DNA of 63,471 nucleotides, the filler included, from Reticulomyxa filosa (lineage: Eukaryota > Protista > Foraminifera): the NCBI GenBank assembly GCA_000512085.1. It is 14 parts of 14 records of this genome, joined end to end, with 100 filler letters (N's around TTAATTAATTAA, not from the genome) between each part and the next. Parts side by side here need not be neighbours in the genome. Positions count along the whole stretch, not along the records: positions 7,283 to 15,774 come from ASPP01002663.1; positions 15,875 to 17,002 come from ASPP01029606.1; positions 17,103 to 19,860 come from ASPP01027860.1; positions 19,961 to 26,811 come from ASPP01019258.1; 10 more parts are not named here. The stretch is one strand, 5' to 3'. A program made the position numbers and the translations under genes. The stretch's first letter is position 1; the number at the start of each line of letters is the position of its first letter. The notes under the pieces are model-generated. The model made no database searches, was not told the origin of the DNA, and saw only the letters and a program-made list of their open reading frames with translations. Below, in pieces: positions 11,125 through 25,559 of this stretch.

Positions 11125-13845
11125 TCACAAGCGGATACTAACCCTTGCGAATGTAGGCATGAAATGTTGAGCAAAGAACTTTATACCATAAGAAATTATT
11201 GCAGCGCATTCCTTGCAGCCGCAGATAAAGAGGGACGATAAAAACAAAAACAAAAACATTCTCCTAGGAAACGAAACAATGGGAACGTCCACAGGTATAT
11301 TTTTTTCGTTATGGCTCTATATTTTTTTATGTATTTATTTATTTATTTGAGAATTCAAATCTAATAAATATACTTGAATAATATGTATATTTGCAATATA
11401 CCCACATACAAATATAACATATACAAATATATGTTATATGTATATTACCATTCGAAGTTGTTCAATATGTCGCAACAATCGTTTGTAATGCAATGGTTTA
11501 ATCTTTAAATGATGAGTCATCATATCCCTGTCCAAGTCATTCAATAATATATCTCCATTGACATTGCCCTGAACAAATTGGGGCACGTACTCCTCCAAAT
11601 CGACACGCTTGAGCCAGTAGGCGACCTCTTCCGTGGTCCATTCAGACGCATGCATATCTTGTGCAAAGTTTTTGTTTTCTTGGGCTTTGCGAGATAAGTA
11701 TTTCCACCATGCCTTCGATCCAACGGGTACCACTCGACCATTTTCCATCAATCTCGAAGTGCGCACAAGCACGGTCGCCCCACTCCCATTTTCGGGGCTC
11801 TGATCAGAGCGCGAGTCGAGTGATGGCCGGTGATAATGCTTCTGCAGAGACAGCTCCACTGTCGGAGATATCTCCGCTACCGGAGATTTCCAAAGTGATC
11901 TCTCCGATCGCGCTTTCACTTGCTTTGTGGCTATATTATATGTTTCCATTTTTTTTTTGGTTTCATTTACTACACTCAGCCAAATTTTATATTCACTTTC
12001 ATACACAATACGAAGATAGAAACATAAACTCAACAGCGACGCTGAAGATGGACTAGTTTGATATCTGGTTCTGTTTTCACATCTGTCGTTTCGTTTTCTT
12101 TTGAAAACGCTTGTCTATCGTCATCGTTATCCTCGCGATTGGACTTTACAAAATTTTTCGGACTGAATACTGGACCTGTCTCGATTTGTGGGATTGCTTC
12201 GAGCTCATCAATCACAGAGCCACCATTTGATCTATCTTCGTCGGCTTCCGATTGCAAAAACCCCTTTTTTTTTTTTTTTTTTTAAGAATATTCTTTTTTT
12301 CTAAAAAAAAAAAAATAAATTTCTTTCCTTCCCCCTTTTTTTTTTTTTTGTTGCCTCAACGAAACGTCTTTTTTGGCTTGTTCAATCATGTCATGTGCCA
12401 AATCGAGCTTTGTTTGAAAATGGCTAATTTCATTTCGAAAGCGTTCCTCCATGAACTGCTTTTGTTCCTTCAATTGTTCGATTTGAACGATTAAGCGCTC
12501 ATCCTCGTCTGACATGTCACAAGTTGTGTTTATGTTTTCAACTTGCAATTGACATACTAAAAAAAAAAAAAAAAAAGAAAACAAAACTGGGGATGAAAGT
12601 CGCCATTTCAATGACTTGGCTTTCCCATTTGAACAAGCACTTGCGTTTCAAGTCGTCGACAAGACGACGAAATTTGGACAAATGTATTTTTTTGATGCCA
12701 ATTTCAGTGAGCAATACTTCATCGGTTATATCAAACAAGAACACAGATCCATCAATTTTCTTCTCCACAAACTTGGTCGCATATTCGTCCAATCCTTCCT
12801 TCCGCAATTTTAGCGCCACTTCCCACATATTCCATTTATCTGCTTTTTTCTAAACATAAAAACAAATAAATAAATATAATATAATATGTATATATTATAT
12901 TTATTTAGTAATTTTTTTATTGATAACGAATATCCATTTTATTATTAAAAATTAAAAAAAAAAAAAAAATTTACTACTACTAAAAAAAAAATTGAGTTGT
13001 TAACAAAACTTCATCACAGGCATTGCCTTGTGTCAATTCGAACATATTCAACTGGTTGAGTATATGTTCCTTGGTGCTGACAATCTGACTCTCACGTGCA
13101 ACCAGTTCGTTCAGTTGCTCGTGCATCTGTCTCGATTCCAATTCCCATTCCAGAGAGTCAATTTGCTCCAGGGAGTTGATATCTTTTATCAAATGGCTGC
13201 TTCTTTCTGTGGTGCGACTATTTATCATATGCATAGTATGTGTACATATGCATATGTTTTTTTAACTTTTATGTATACATATTTACATATATGTATATGT
13301 ATACGTACAAGATATAGTCGTTCTTATAAAAATTAATACGTCCCCCCCCCCCTCCCTTCTGCTCATTACTTCAAATTAAAAAAAAAAAAAGGTCTTTTTT
13401 TAAAAAAAAAAAAATTTGGCTCGTAACATACGTTATTGTAAATTTTATTCAAAACACCATTTTGCAACCGCTGAAGTTCAGCCGAGTTCCATTGCTGCAA
13501 AAAGAACAGTGAAAACTCGTCGACGGACATTGCCTCTTCTTCCTTTCGGTCGCTGCTGCACAGCTTTATGTATTGGAACAATAATTTCATATCTTCTGTC
13601 GTTAACTTTATTCGCATTTCTGTCATCCCTTCGACAAACTCTTCCACTTCTACGTCTTCATTTTCTTTTGCTAAATTTCTTTGAAATATACTTTCTTATT
13701 TTAGCCTTTTTTTTTTTGGTAAATATTTCATCTCTCTACATATGCACGTCTCTTCACTCAAAAACAATTTTGCAAGTTTTTTAACTTTCTTTTCGGTTAT
13801 GCTGAAAATCTCCGTGCGAGCATCCTCTTGCATGTTTGCTGCCAT
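11125..13845 (-). CDS. Multi-exon protein with EF-hand-like pair, coiled coils, two SAM domains and a hydrophobic C-terminal segment
   Basis: EF-like VEVEEFVEGM and MSVDEFSLFF; SAM1 KWNMWEVALKL..GLDEYATKFVEKKIDGSVFL (12620-12850); SAM2 EWTTEEVAYWLKRVDLEEYVPQFVQGNVNGDILL (11455-11650); terminal exon boundaries tentative. Confidence 0.7.
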
Positions 13846-15048
13846 TGGAACTGTTGAGGACTATGCGCATTTGTTGTGGTGTAAATTGTTGCGTTCAGAT
13901 GTCAGAACTGATTTCGTTATGAAAATATAGAAAAAGAAAAATAATTTGGGATAATTAATTAACCAAAAAAAGCTCTTAACATTTATTAAAAACGTATGGA
14001 GGGGCACATTTACTGAATGTTTTCATCTCTTCTTAGGTTCACCCTTAAATACGGTTAAAATTTACACGTTTGACAATCGATGATTTGATCACATTTGATT
14101 TATTGTAGAATTGTAGTTGATTATGCGTTGAATTGTGAAACTATATGTTAAAAAGCGGTATCTATTTTCATAAAATCTACATCTTTGCAGTTATAATAGA
14201 TTATATACCAACTGTTAGTCTTCGTTTGAACTGATGTTTATAATAATAAAGTGAAAACGTTTGCTTCAAAGACTACGTACTGTCAAAAACATTTTTTTCA
14301 AGCTATTTTAATTGTTTTTTGAACATGTGTATAACAACGCTTTAGTGGCTCTATAAAATTAGAAAATTTTAAATTTGAATGTTGTAATTTGGTGTGATAA
14401 AAGGTAGTATCATAAAAACAGCATAAAATGATTTAAAACAAAAAAGATGAACAAAACTGAAAAGTTTTGGACATAAAAAGAAGCAGCCAGTAAACCTAAA
14501 TGCTATATAAAAAAAGGACAATCAACAAACTTTGCAAAAATTGAATAAATAATTAAAATTTTACAGTTTTGAAAGATTAGAAAATGAATAAAAATAAAAT
14601 TTCGATTACATTTTGATTACAATGAATTTCAGATTAAATAAATAATCAAAAAGATTAGTTTTGGTGGCAATATAACATTTAAAACAATTAGGAATAATAT
14701 TATTATAAAAAAAAGAAAAAATATTTAAAGAAAAAAAAACATTTTGAAATACTTGAATATTTTTATACAGTAGAACGCAAAGTAAAGTTGACACATAAAA
14801 CGGCACATCGTAGAGATAATTGATTTTTTCATGAAACAACATCCGGATCTAATTTTTTAAAAAATATCTACAACTCTTGTAGTTTTTAAATATCATTTTG
14901 AATTTAGTTTTTTATTAAATTTTTACTAATTTTTTCAATATTTTATACTTTATTTTCCTTTTTTTTTACCTCAATATAGTCCGATATTTGAGTTTTTAAA
15001 TCATTTTTATTTTTTTTAAATGATTAAATAAGTTGAAAATTTTAACAG

Positions 15049-15656
15049 ATTGCGTGCTGTGGAGCTGTTGCAGATCTGGAGTTTGCGCAAAGTTGCAAAA
15101 AAATTTAGTATAAGTCACGAATATTTGCGTAAATTGAAGCTGATGTTAAATACTGAAAAATTTAGAGAAGAAACCAAGAAAATTGCGTTCGTTAAAAGTA
15201 CCAGAACTAATTTCGTGTTGTCTTGCTTTGTAGTGTTGGGACCTGGTTATGCATGTAAACTTGATAGATGTGTCAATGTATATGTTTATGAAGAAATTAT
15301 ATGTGATAAAATGATCAAAAAGCATTAATTGATGTTTAAAAGATAATGAATATTGAATATTCCAGCAAGATAATGCTACTAGCGACAAAGAAATCACAGT
15401 AAAAGATGGTTTGAACAAAATACTATCAAAGTATTGGATTTCCATCCAAATTCTCATACCTGAATACAATCGAAAATATGTTGTTGATATTGAAAACAAA
15501 ATATACAAAAATAGATCATTTATATAAGAAGAACTTTGGAAACAAATTGAATTAGAATGTGAAAAAATTTATAAATAAGCATGCACAAACTTAATAAAAT
15601 CAATACTAGAGCAAATACGAGCAGTATACAAGTCAAAAGGTGATTTAACCAAATAG
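15049..15656 (+). mobile_element. Degenerate Tc1/mariner (DD34E) transposase remnant
   Basis: HTH-like SLRKVAKKFSISH; IFQQDNA; decayed SPDLNPIENxW (FSYLNTIENML); terminal IRAVYKSKGDLTK; in-frame stops and deletions. Confidence 0.8.
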
Positions 15657-16619
15657 TTATTTTCACTAAAAAAAATATTACTACAAAAAAAATTTCAGTT
15701 CTTATGCTTTTGAACTAACTTGACTTGCCTTTTTTTGAAAATATCTTTGTTTTATTTTTGTTGTTGCAACACACNNNNNNNNNNNNNNNNNNNNNNNNNN
15801 NNNNNNNNNNNNNNNNNNTTAATTAATTAANNNNNNNNNNNNNNNNNNNNNNNNNNNNNNNNNNNNNNNNNNNNAGGCACACCGAAACGGAAGGACATTC
15901 AATGAGCAATAAAGCCATTTTAAGAAAAATTTTTTGGCAAACGAGTGTATTTGTAAAACTTTAAATGAATTGCAAACGATTTATGCAAATGCCAAGTTGA
16001 TTGGAAAATGAATTTGTTTTGTACATTCACTACAGCCCAAGACAAAAACAGTTGGCTCTTTTCTAATTTAAAAATTCTTTTCATTTAAGAAGATAAACAT
16101 GTATAGATTAAAAAAAAGCACGACCTCCAATCAAAGAAAAAAAAATGTAAATGGAAAAAGTAGAGATAGTGAATATTTCAACAATTTCCAAAAAAATAAA
16201 ACTAGAACAAAATATTTAAAGCAGGCAGGCCTGCAAAAATGCTCACTAACCATTCCACCATCTTTCATATCCATCAAATTTATATCTGTGTATGCGTTTG
16301 TGCATTGTGTATATTGCAATCGTTTTACATTTTCTTTTTTTTTTGATTGGGTGAGGAAAAGATCATCTGAAAAAACTTGATTGGTTGCATTTTGACTTGT
16401 AGACAAGTAAACAAGATGAGGAACCCTCCAAAAAAAAGATACATGTACAACTCCATTCTCTTATAAATACATTCGTCGTTGTCTCATGCGTTCCAGCACA
16501 AATGTCATTGGAAGTTGTTCTTTGTGAGAATATACACAGATCTAATCGGGCTGAGACAAGCCTTGCAAGAGAAAGAATGTTCTTTGACAGGCCTCGTGAT
16601 GGTGATCCACTTTTCCAAA

Positions 16620-16980
16620 TATCATTATTCAAGTAACCAACCCCAATGACGGTCATAACTTTGCTGATGTAAGGGTCCATGTGCTTGGGGATTGAAATCC
16701 CCATTTCTCATTGACCTTTTCAACAATACATTCCAAATTTGCGACCGGTCATTGCAATGATGAGTTCGGCTAAGTGTGTGAGTTCCCCCTTGGAAAGGTA
16801 TTTGAACTGGCCACGTCCATCGGGCATGATCAAGATGTTGTCGGGATGAGTGTCACTTTTGAACCCTCTATTTTTGAAGATTTGATATCCATGCACTAAC
16901 AACAGTATTTTCAGAAAAAGCGCCAGATTGGGCATCATGGGTGCGTCATACGAGAGATAAAGCACTGACACCGACAGCCT
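16620..16980 (-). pseudogene. ABC1/ADCK atypical kinase pseudogene fragment
   Basis: LLVHGYQIFKNRGFKSDTHPDNILIMPDGR-GQFKYL resembles ..AYG.QIF..G.F..DPHPGNIL...DG.IGLIDFGQ.K.L with the LIDF segment deleted; stop follows. Confidence 0.65.
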
Positions 16981-17102
16981 GTCAGGCCAAGTCAGCAGGA
17001 TANNNNNNNNNNNNNNNNNNNNNNNNNNNNNNNNNNNNNNNNNNNNTTAATTAATTAANNNNNNNNNNNNNNNNNNNNNNNNNNNNNNNNNNNNNNNNNN
17101 NN

Positions 17103-17649
17103 GATGATTATGATAATAATATGATGAAAATTTTACACACTTCACACAATCTGAATGTCCTTTGAATGATTGAATTTGTTTATTATTATCAAACTCCCAT
17201 ACACAAGCTGTTTTATCATATGATCCAGAACAAATCAATTGCTTGCCATCAAATGTTGAATAATCAACACTACTTACACATTTTGTGTGCACAGCGAATG
17301 TTTCAAGTAATTTGGACAATGAACGAAACGGATCAAACATGAAGAAAGCTGTTGCCTGTGTCAATTTATTGTTATTGATAACAACAAATAAATATTTGGA
17401 GATGATATTATCATTTGAATGAAAGACAAAAAGTAAAACATAACATAATTGACAACAAGTTTGTCAAACTCATAAATCCATCCTAATTTTATATTTGATA
17501 TTCGAGTCCAATGTTGTAAAATTACTTCAATTTCTTCTTTTTTGGGCTATTTTAATCCAAATTTACACGCAACACATTGAAAAAAAATATTGAAAGATTA
17601 TCAATACCAGTCGTGTTGAACTTCGTTTTTCATTGTTAAAAGTTGCCAT
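17103..17649 (-). CDS. WD40-repeat family gene with HW-box exon, 3' truncated by contig end; exons 17608-17649, 17445-17546, 17103-17355
   Basis: Same 3-exon structure as the gene at 9119-10509; ICSGSYDKTACVWE, FKGHSDCVKCVKFS. Confidence 0.85.
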
Positions 17650-18015
17650 TTTGAACTTCTTTTGTTCTTTTGCTAAAGATTATTTTAAAATGGAAAATGA
17701 TGGAACTTTTTTTAGATGAGTATAAAGGTTTTCTACTTTTGGATCAAGAAAATAAACACAATAATCAAACTTGAAAATATCACTAAACTTATGAACTTCA
17801 TTTAAAAATTTTGCTGAAAATAATCGAAATATTTCTTTCTAACAGGATAAAAGTTGCCTAATCTGTTTCGCAAAATCTAAAAGTGTAATTTTCTTTCTCA
17901 AATGAATATGAAAATGATTCTATTTGAGTTTGAAAAAAATTAAAAGGAGGAATTTTATTCACAATCACTTACTTCTTGTATTTTTAAAAACAAAATTTAT
18001 TTATTTACATGAAAT

Positions 18016-19860
18016 TTATAAGCCCCAAATTTGAATTCTACGTCCAGCACTCACTACAATCGTGTTACTGTTTTGAGAGATATCTATACAATGCATAACA
18101 TAATACCCTTCCAACTTTTGTATTTCCTTTCCTGATTCTGTGCTCCACAATCGAATTGTTCTATCACTTGAACATGATACAATTGTTCGACCATCTGGGA
18201 AGTATTTCACATCATTTACTTGATCTAAATGCCCTTGCAATATTTTCCATTGTCTTCCCGTTTCAATATTCCATATTCGAATTGTATTATCTTGTGAACA
18301 AGATACAATAAATTTACAATCTGGAGAAAATTTTGCACTTAGTACACAATCAGAATGTCCTTCAAATTGTTTCAGTCTTTCATCAGATTCCACATCCCAT
18401 AAACTAATTGTTTTATCACTTGATGATGATACAATCATTTTACCATCTGATGAAAATTGTGTACTTAATACAGATTCTGAATGTCCTAATAATTGTTTTA
18501 TCTCTATTCCAGAATGTATATCCCATAATCGTATTGTACTATCTCCCAAACCTGCCACAATATACTTTCCATCTGGAGAAAAGTCTATATCATATATCTC
18601 ATCCAAATCTCTTTTAAATGTTATTATTTCAGTTTCCGTATTAATATCCCATAATCGAATTGTTCCATCAAATGAGCATGAAATAACAGTGTGTTCATCT
18701 GGTAAAAATCTTGCAACACAGGCTGAAGGGGTATGTCCTCTGAAAGTTTGAAGTAGTGTTTTCGATGCAACATCCCATATTTGAACATTACTGTTATATG
18801 CTGCTGAAACAATCTTACGACCATCTGCAGAAAATGAAACCCTATGCACTCCACTTTTACATACTGGGAAACCTCTCAAAAATTTGAAATCTCTTACCTA
18901 TTTGAAAATATGAGTTATAGATAATAATCATAACATAAGAAAAAAAAAAGAATTCTTAACATATTTGATAATGATTTTGTTAAAATCATCAATCCATCCC
19001 AATTTTATCTCTGCTATTTGTATCCAATGTTGTACAATAAGTCTCATTTCGTTTGTCGACTGTTGATTATATTTGTTATATGTTTCATAAAATAAGATTT
19101 ATTTGTATTTAATTTAAAAAAAGTAATATAGTTTTAAAAATTACCAATTGTGAAGCATTACACAATGCTATCACCTTTGTCTTCATATGCCTTGGTACTG
19201 TGGTACCTTTATAATCACTTCCTCCAATAAGGTGTATATGCTTTTTATCTTCACTCAATACCGCAAAACAATTATACAATCGAATAGGCAAATTAAGTTC
19301 ATCATATTTAATCCATGCATTTTCTTGAATCAAATACTTGTGTACTGCTTTTGAAACATTATACTTTTTATTACTCAATCCGCCAAAGAATAAGATAACA
19401 TCATCGATACACACAAACGCACATCGATAGAATGGCGCAATGCCATTATAAAAACGTAGTCTATGATATTGAAGGATGTTATTATCTTCATCATATCCAA
19501 TTGATAGTGCTTCTTTACAAAATAATATCATTTCATAAATTTTGTTTTTATTATTTTTTCTTATTTTCTGATTTTGATACAAAGCAATGATACCACAATG
19601 AATAAAAATTGGTAAATTATCATGTTTAATAAATTGAAATGTATTTAAATCAAACACACTAATATTATTTATTGGATAAGTAATAAATAACAAATTATTG
19701 CTGCTTCCACCCAATCACTGCACGCACTCCTTCATAATTATCACCATCTCTTCCGATTTGAATTATGTTATTGTGATTGTCTGTGAAGGGAGTCCATTCA
19801 TTGTAATTGTTTACTTTTCTTTAATCCCTTTGATTTATCCATTTCATTGTCATTGTCATT
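18016..19860 (-). CDS. Kelch-like propeller + HW-box + WD40 propeller fusion gene (5' partial); introns 19060-19144 and 18898-18960; frameshifts in the Kelch part
   Basis: Kelch-type ILFFGG and IHLIGG blades splice in frame (GT-AG, phase 0) to a 99-nt exon and then to 7 WD40 repeats of the FSPDG..IVS.S.D.TIRLWD type. Confidence 0.85.
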
Positions 19861-22800
19861 NNNNNNNNNNNNNNNNNNNNNNNNNNNNNNNNNNNNNNNN
19901 NNNNTTAATTAATTAANNNNNNNNNNNNNNNNNNNNNNNNNNNNNNNNNNNNNNNNNNNNATCATCATAAGATATCATTTTATGCGTTCAGTTTTCTTTG
20001 CAACATACTGTACTTGAACAACCACACAAATGTCGTAGTGACCTGGTCCAAGCCTATACAAAATTGCCGTCCAACAGACCTCGTCCATGTTCATTTGCGT
20101 GTTAATATCATTCCAAGGCATTGCCGATATTGTCCACGAATACATTTGGAAAGCGAGTTAACTCACTACTTTACAAAAGCGTCGCAGTCATAATGCTACC
20201 TCGAGCATGCCGCATGTCATACGTTGCAATTGTATTCCGATAACATTTGCTACGTATGCAAGACGACGATATTGACGATGGCACCATCTCGTCTGCAGAA
20301 CTGCAAACCTCGATAGTTTTGTGCTGTCGCAAAAAGGCATGAACTAGTTGAAACCAGACTTTATATTCCAAAGTGTGGACGTACCCACCAGCGCAACGAG
20401 CATTTCTTTCATTGGATGAATTGTATTCCGTGGCAACGACACCGTGCTGATAGGCGGCAGCAACGCAGAAGAGCTGTACTTTTGGAAGTGCGACGATGCC
20501 ATTGCTTTTGGCACTCACGCCAGTAGTAGTAGCGCTACAGCTACCGACAACGAAATGGACACTGATGACGATCTTCCTTCAAATGATCATGCTCTTCCCA
20601 ATTTAAGCAGCTCCAATCTCAATCTAGTTTAAATTTTATTATATATGTATATCCATTTATGTTATACGTATAACATCTATTATTCCTTTTAAAAAAAATA
20701 GTTGGCGGATTGGATTTGCGTCGATTTGCAATATAAACACTTTGATTTTATCAATGTTCTGTCCATTAACCGTTCGCGTGTAATGCGTGCAGCAAATATG
20801 AGATGATAAGTGTTGCTGGAGTCCCCTTTGGTATTGACCCAACAGAATCAAGACCAACAAGAAAAGCATATGCTGTTGTGCAAGATCGAGGACCAATTGG
20901 TGTTTAGACCATCGTGTCGCCCTTTGTCCTGGAGTAAAAGGCTTGCCTTTGTTGATTGGCTCCATCATCTTGATAAATAGTGAACACCAGGATACGAAGG
21001 AAACGTGTAAAAATAATTGAATTGTAATAATTTTTTCACTTAAAAAAAAAGGAAAGCGTTAGAAAAATCTCGAAAATTTGGAAGAATATATTTGAGTAAA
21101 TCACTTCGTTTGCAAACATTGATATTGTTGATGGTAAGTGGATCATGTTCGTATTGGAAGACAAGATAAGAGGAAACAGGTTGCAAACGCTGCAATCTGA
21201 GCAAGACAACATATTGTCACGTTGAACAAAATCCAAACTAATGTGCGACACTTGGAAGGTACACAAGAGAAGGACAATAGTCAAAAACAACAACAGCAAT
21301 CCAATTCACTAAATGGATTGATGAAGATGTATCTAATGAGTCTATTCCACATTATATTTTTTTATGAAGCAAGCGGTGTTATCGGAATATATTTCGTTCA
21401 CAAGGTCCACTTCAAGGCTATGTGCAAAAGTACATTTAATGCAATACTACAGTCTCAAAATGATAATATTTTATCTGAAAAGGTTTGAAATTTTATTATC
21501 TAATGAAAAATTTATGACAGTGTAGATTTGGACAAAGCTTTAACAACATAAATCTCGATATATGCTATATCATTTGCAATTTGCATAAATGTAACTTTAA
21601 AAAATGAAACAAATTTTCATATAGACATTACAAAATAAGCAAGTTTACAAAAAATTAAATAATTGAATAAACAACAAAAATAATAAAACAAAACATCAAT
21701 TCTAATCAACAACTACTGCATTTGATTTCATACAAAATTTTGCAATCTCACCATTGAATCAAAAAAATTTTTTAATTAAAATTAAAAACACAATTTTGTA
21801 GAGCTCGGCGAGTACCATAGGACCGCGTAATCGCAACTCAATAACTCCTTTCCATTTGCGAGAAAACTCAATTATATGTCAGTTTTGAAAAGCTAAAAAA
21901 AAGCAAATTAAGACAAAAGCTTTATTTTTTTAGGACAAATTGAATTTTTTAATTTTTTTTTTTTGTTGTCTGGTAATTGATTGATAACTACTTAGTTTTG
22001 TAAGAGCGTAATCAGGTGAAACTTTTCATAAAATTTATATTTTTTTGAAAGTATTCAACAAAAACACGTTTACGAAAGTAATCCACGAATTTTATTTATT
22101 GTTTTTTGTTGGTTTTGACTTTGTCATCAAAAGAAATTGAATTACAAAATAGATATTTCCTTTTTTTCTTCCAAGTCTTTGAAATCAAAAAAGAGAAACG
22201 AATTGTATCCTTTTGTAGCAAAAATCCACTCCAGAAAGAAGAAATAAATAAATTGTGTGCAATGAAAGACAATTGGCAAGTGCTTGTTTGCCATTGCAAT
22301 GCCAACAACAATTGAAATAAAGGTATATATTCAAAATAAACATCCACAAAAAGCATTTGTATTGATATTATTTTTCATTGAAGCTATTTCCACGCAATTT
22401 TTATTATAACAAAAATAAAAGTGTTGTAAAATGGATATAGATTTTTGTTTTTCTAAAGTAGAGTTTTAGGTTCTTCCCTTTTTTAAACGCAAATCCTTTG
22501 AGCAAAGAAAAAACTCTTCATCATTGTAATTATCTTAATATCAATAACATCAAATCATTGTCAACAGGTTTAGTGTTGCACATTTAACAAGATTTTATGC
22601 TTTTTATTTTTTTAAAATATGTGACACATTTATCGTAATATATTGTAATAATAGATAAAGTTCTCAAAGATTAATCTTTTTAACATTGTCATTTTTAAAA
22701 AACTGTAGAAAGTTCTAAACTGCTGTTAGCAATATGAGAGATATAAAATATTGGATTATCACAACGATACACTTTTTTTGTCTTTGGTCATTTTTGATGG

Positions 22801-23109
22801 ATTTTATTAAACTTCTTCCTAAAAAAAAAATTTAGCGTGTCAATAATTTGTCATGATTGACTTTGGCACACGATGAGAAGATCGGATAAACGAACTTTTT
22901 TTAATGTTGAAAAGATATTTCCTGTTGAGTCTGTTGTGTGATCTTTTCTGTGTTCCAAACAATGTACTATAAAAAAAAAGTTTAGTAAACTGAAATAAAA
23001 GACTAAATCCATAGAAATAAATGAAAAGTGATGTCGACAAGGACAAAAACGAGCAGTTGATTGTTTGAATATGTGTCAAACCACAAGTTGTTAAAATTGT
23101 ATAATCCGA

Positions 23110-24215
23110 CCATTAAACAAATATCGACACACCGTCAGCGCGAAGAAGCCAATGATCATGTTCCAAAACGACAATTCATATGCATATTAGGCCATAGACC
23201 ACGTAAAGGATTTCGACCTTGATTAAAAATGCGGATCTGACAAAGTGGTAAAAGTTATACCATAAAAATAAGTACGTCGTCGCATACAATACACTGTTTG
23301 TGTAAAGATATTGTTTCTCACTTATTGCCCTGATGAAAATGTTTCATCTTTTTTTTTTAAACAAGTTTATAGTTAGAAAGTTAAATTGACCACAGCGTAT
23401 TTTTAAAAAAAATAACAAGTAGTATAAGTATTTTTTTTTTCTTTTCGACCAAATATTGTCACTCTCCTACTTACCCGTTATAAACAACTGCAAGGCCTTG
23501 TTCGTATTCACGTGTTTGCATTTTTGACCTTGCGCAATTGCGTGGATTCTCTGGCAGAATCTGCATTATTTTAACAACAACAAAAAGCAATTGTCTTTGA
23601 AACAGTAGATTATTTAAGTAGTAAAAAATGAAGTGTGAAAAAATAAATCACCATAATGAAAACTGTCAACTGTTTTATCCTTTCAATACTGATACATGTG
23701 TTTTAACGCAGGGACATAATAACGTCAGTTTTCCAACCTTTTTTTGGTCAGTGCATATATGCACAAGAAAGTGCTTGTCCAAACATAGAAATACAAATAC
23801 ATACATTCGTGGCAGCGCTTCGATAAAATCTTGTTCACAGCAATCCCGGTAAAGCGTGCTAACGTGGGCCGTCCACAAATTTGATGCATTTACTGTCCAA
23901 ATTCGTGGAAGAAAGTAACAACCTCTGTGTGAAGCATGTCTTCGGGGGAGTTGCAGATCATGGTGTTGACATTGTATTGTCTCGCAATTTCGACGCCTTT
24001 ATCATTTTAAATCGCACAGCCCGGCTGCAATGAACAAACACAAGCATGTCAATATTTACCATTTCGGAACACAAATCCAAGAAAAGGTGTCCCATGAATT
24101 TGTTTTCAACACAAATTGGGAGCCCCTTTTTTTTGCACACATTGATGGCTGGAAATAAGTATTAGGAACCAAATCAATTCCTTGACCAGGAGCGAGACAA
24201 TATCTATTGCGATAA
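23110..24215 (-). pseudogene. Thimet oligopeptidase/neurolysin (peptidase M3A) pseudogene
   Basis: Across frameshifts: FMGHLFLDL..RNGKY*HAC..LQPGC, HTEVVTFFHEFGQ*MHQIC, FTG...EQDFIEALP.M, matching THOP1 GKFYLDLYPREGKYGHAA..LQPGC, EVETYFHEFGHVMHQLC, FSG..VERDFVEAPSQM; HEXXH site broken at about 23890-23907. Confidence 0.82.
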
Positions 24216-25559
24216 AAATATTTTTTCTATTCTTTGCAATTCAAAGTGATTTTGATGATATCACCACTGTATATGGAAAATATTTTTACTTTTTTTTAAA
24301 TTGATAATAAAATTTTTAAAAACATATATTTTAAATTTTAAGTTTGGGACTGTCTTCAAATAAATCTTCGTAAAAAAAATCAAAACAAAATTTGGCTCAC
24401 TTGCGAGACGATTTGTGAAAATGTATTATCAGTCAATTTATCTTAAAAGACGTTGATGTTTAAATAATATCAAAAGTGATATTTATAAAAATCAAATAAC
24501 AATAAATTTGACATTATACATTTCAAATATTAAAATGAAAATTTCTATTTGAAAGAATCATGTAATTGTAAATATTTTCAAAAGAGTATCACCATTTAGT
24601 TACGCAATACGTGTACATGTCAATAATTCTTTTTAGTTACTTTAAAAATAATGTAATAAATGTTGAAAATAAATTATTATTATCATAAAAAATTTAAATA
24701 AAATAATAAACAAATACAAAGAAAACAAATACTTTCAGTACTAGCAATTTTTTTATAGTGTGATTAAACTGAAATTTTTTAAGTTAAAAAAATGAATTTT
24801 TAGATTTCCTTTCATTTTTTAACTTGTTAATAGGCAACAAAAAAAAGTCAAGTCAAGACATATTTGAATCAAATGATTGCAGATGTTGTTACTATTTCAT
24901 AGTGTAAGTATCTATATTGTGTTATGTTATCAATTTTGATAAAGATATCAAGTCCGCAATGATATGCGTTACATTGCTGTCGATATTTTTTAGTTTTGTA
25001 CTATTTATTGCTCCAATGACAAGTTATGTATATATTTTATTTCATTTAAATATTGTATTATATTGGTTTTTTTTGTAAGGCCGTTTTGGTCCGCGAAAAT
25101 AGTAATGTCAACTATCAATCTTACAACACTTCAACAAATTTTCAAGGTTTATGAGCTGGACGTAAAAAAAAGCGATCACTCACAAGATTCCATAAAAGCT
25201 TATGTTTTTTAATTTGTTTCAAGAGTTATTTTTTATTTTGTTTGAGTAATGAAATGATTTATTGTTTGTTTCATTCACAGCTCAGGAGATTCTTGTATTT
25301 TTTGAAGTTTATGATTTTAACCAAGCGCTAGTTTTTCTGGCGTTTGAAAAATATTAGTCCATTTTGCTAACGTAGCTGAAGATGAAAAGAGTGGGTGGAC
25401 AAACAGTTAATTATATTGATGAATCCCAACACGTAATGATAAACTCTCTTTCAAATAATGTGCTCAATATGTGCCCACGCAAAAACGAATGACGTTGATA
25501 TAAATGTTCAGAAAAATACTACTCGATGCAGTTGACATGATAAAAATGATATGATATTG

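Noticed and set aside
19961-21490. GC-richer coding-like patches (e.g. VLIGGSNAEELYFWK)
   Set aside because: Probably pseudogene debris, but too broken to assign a family
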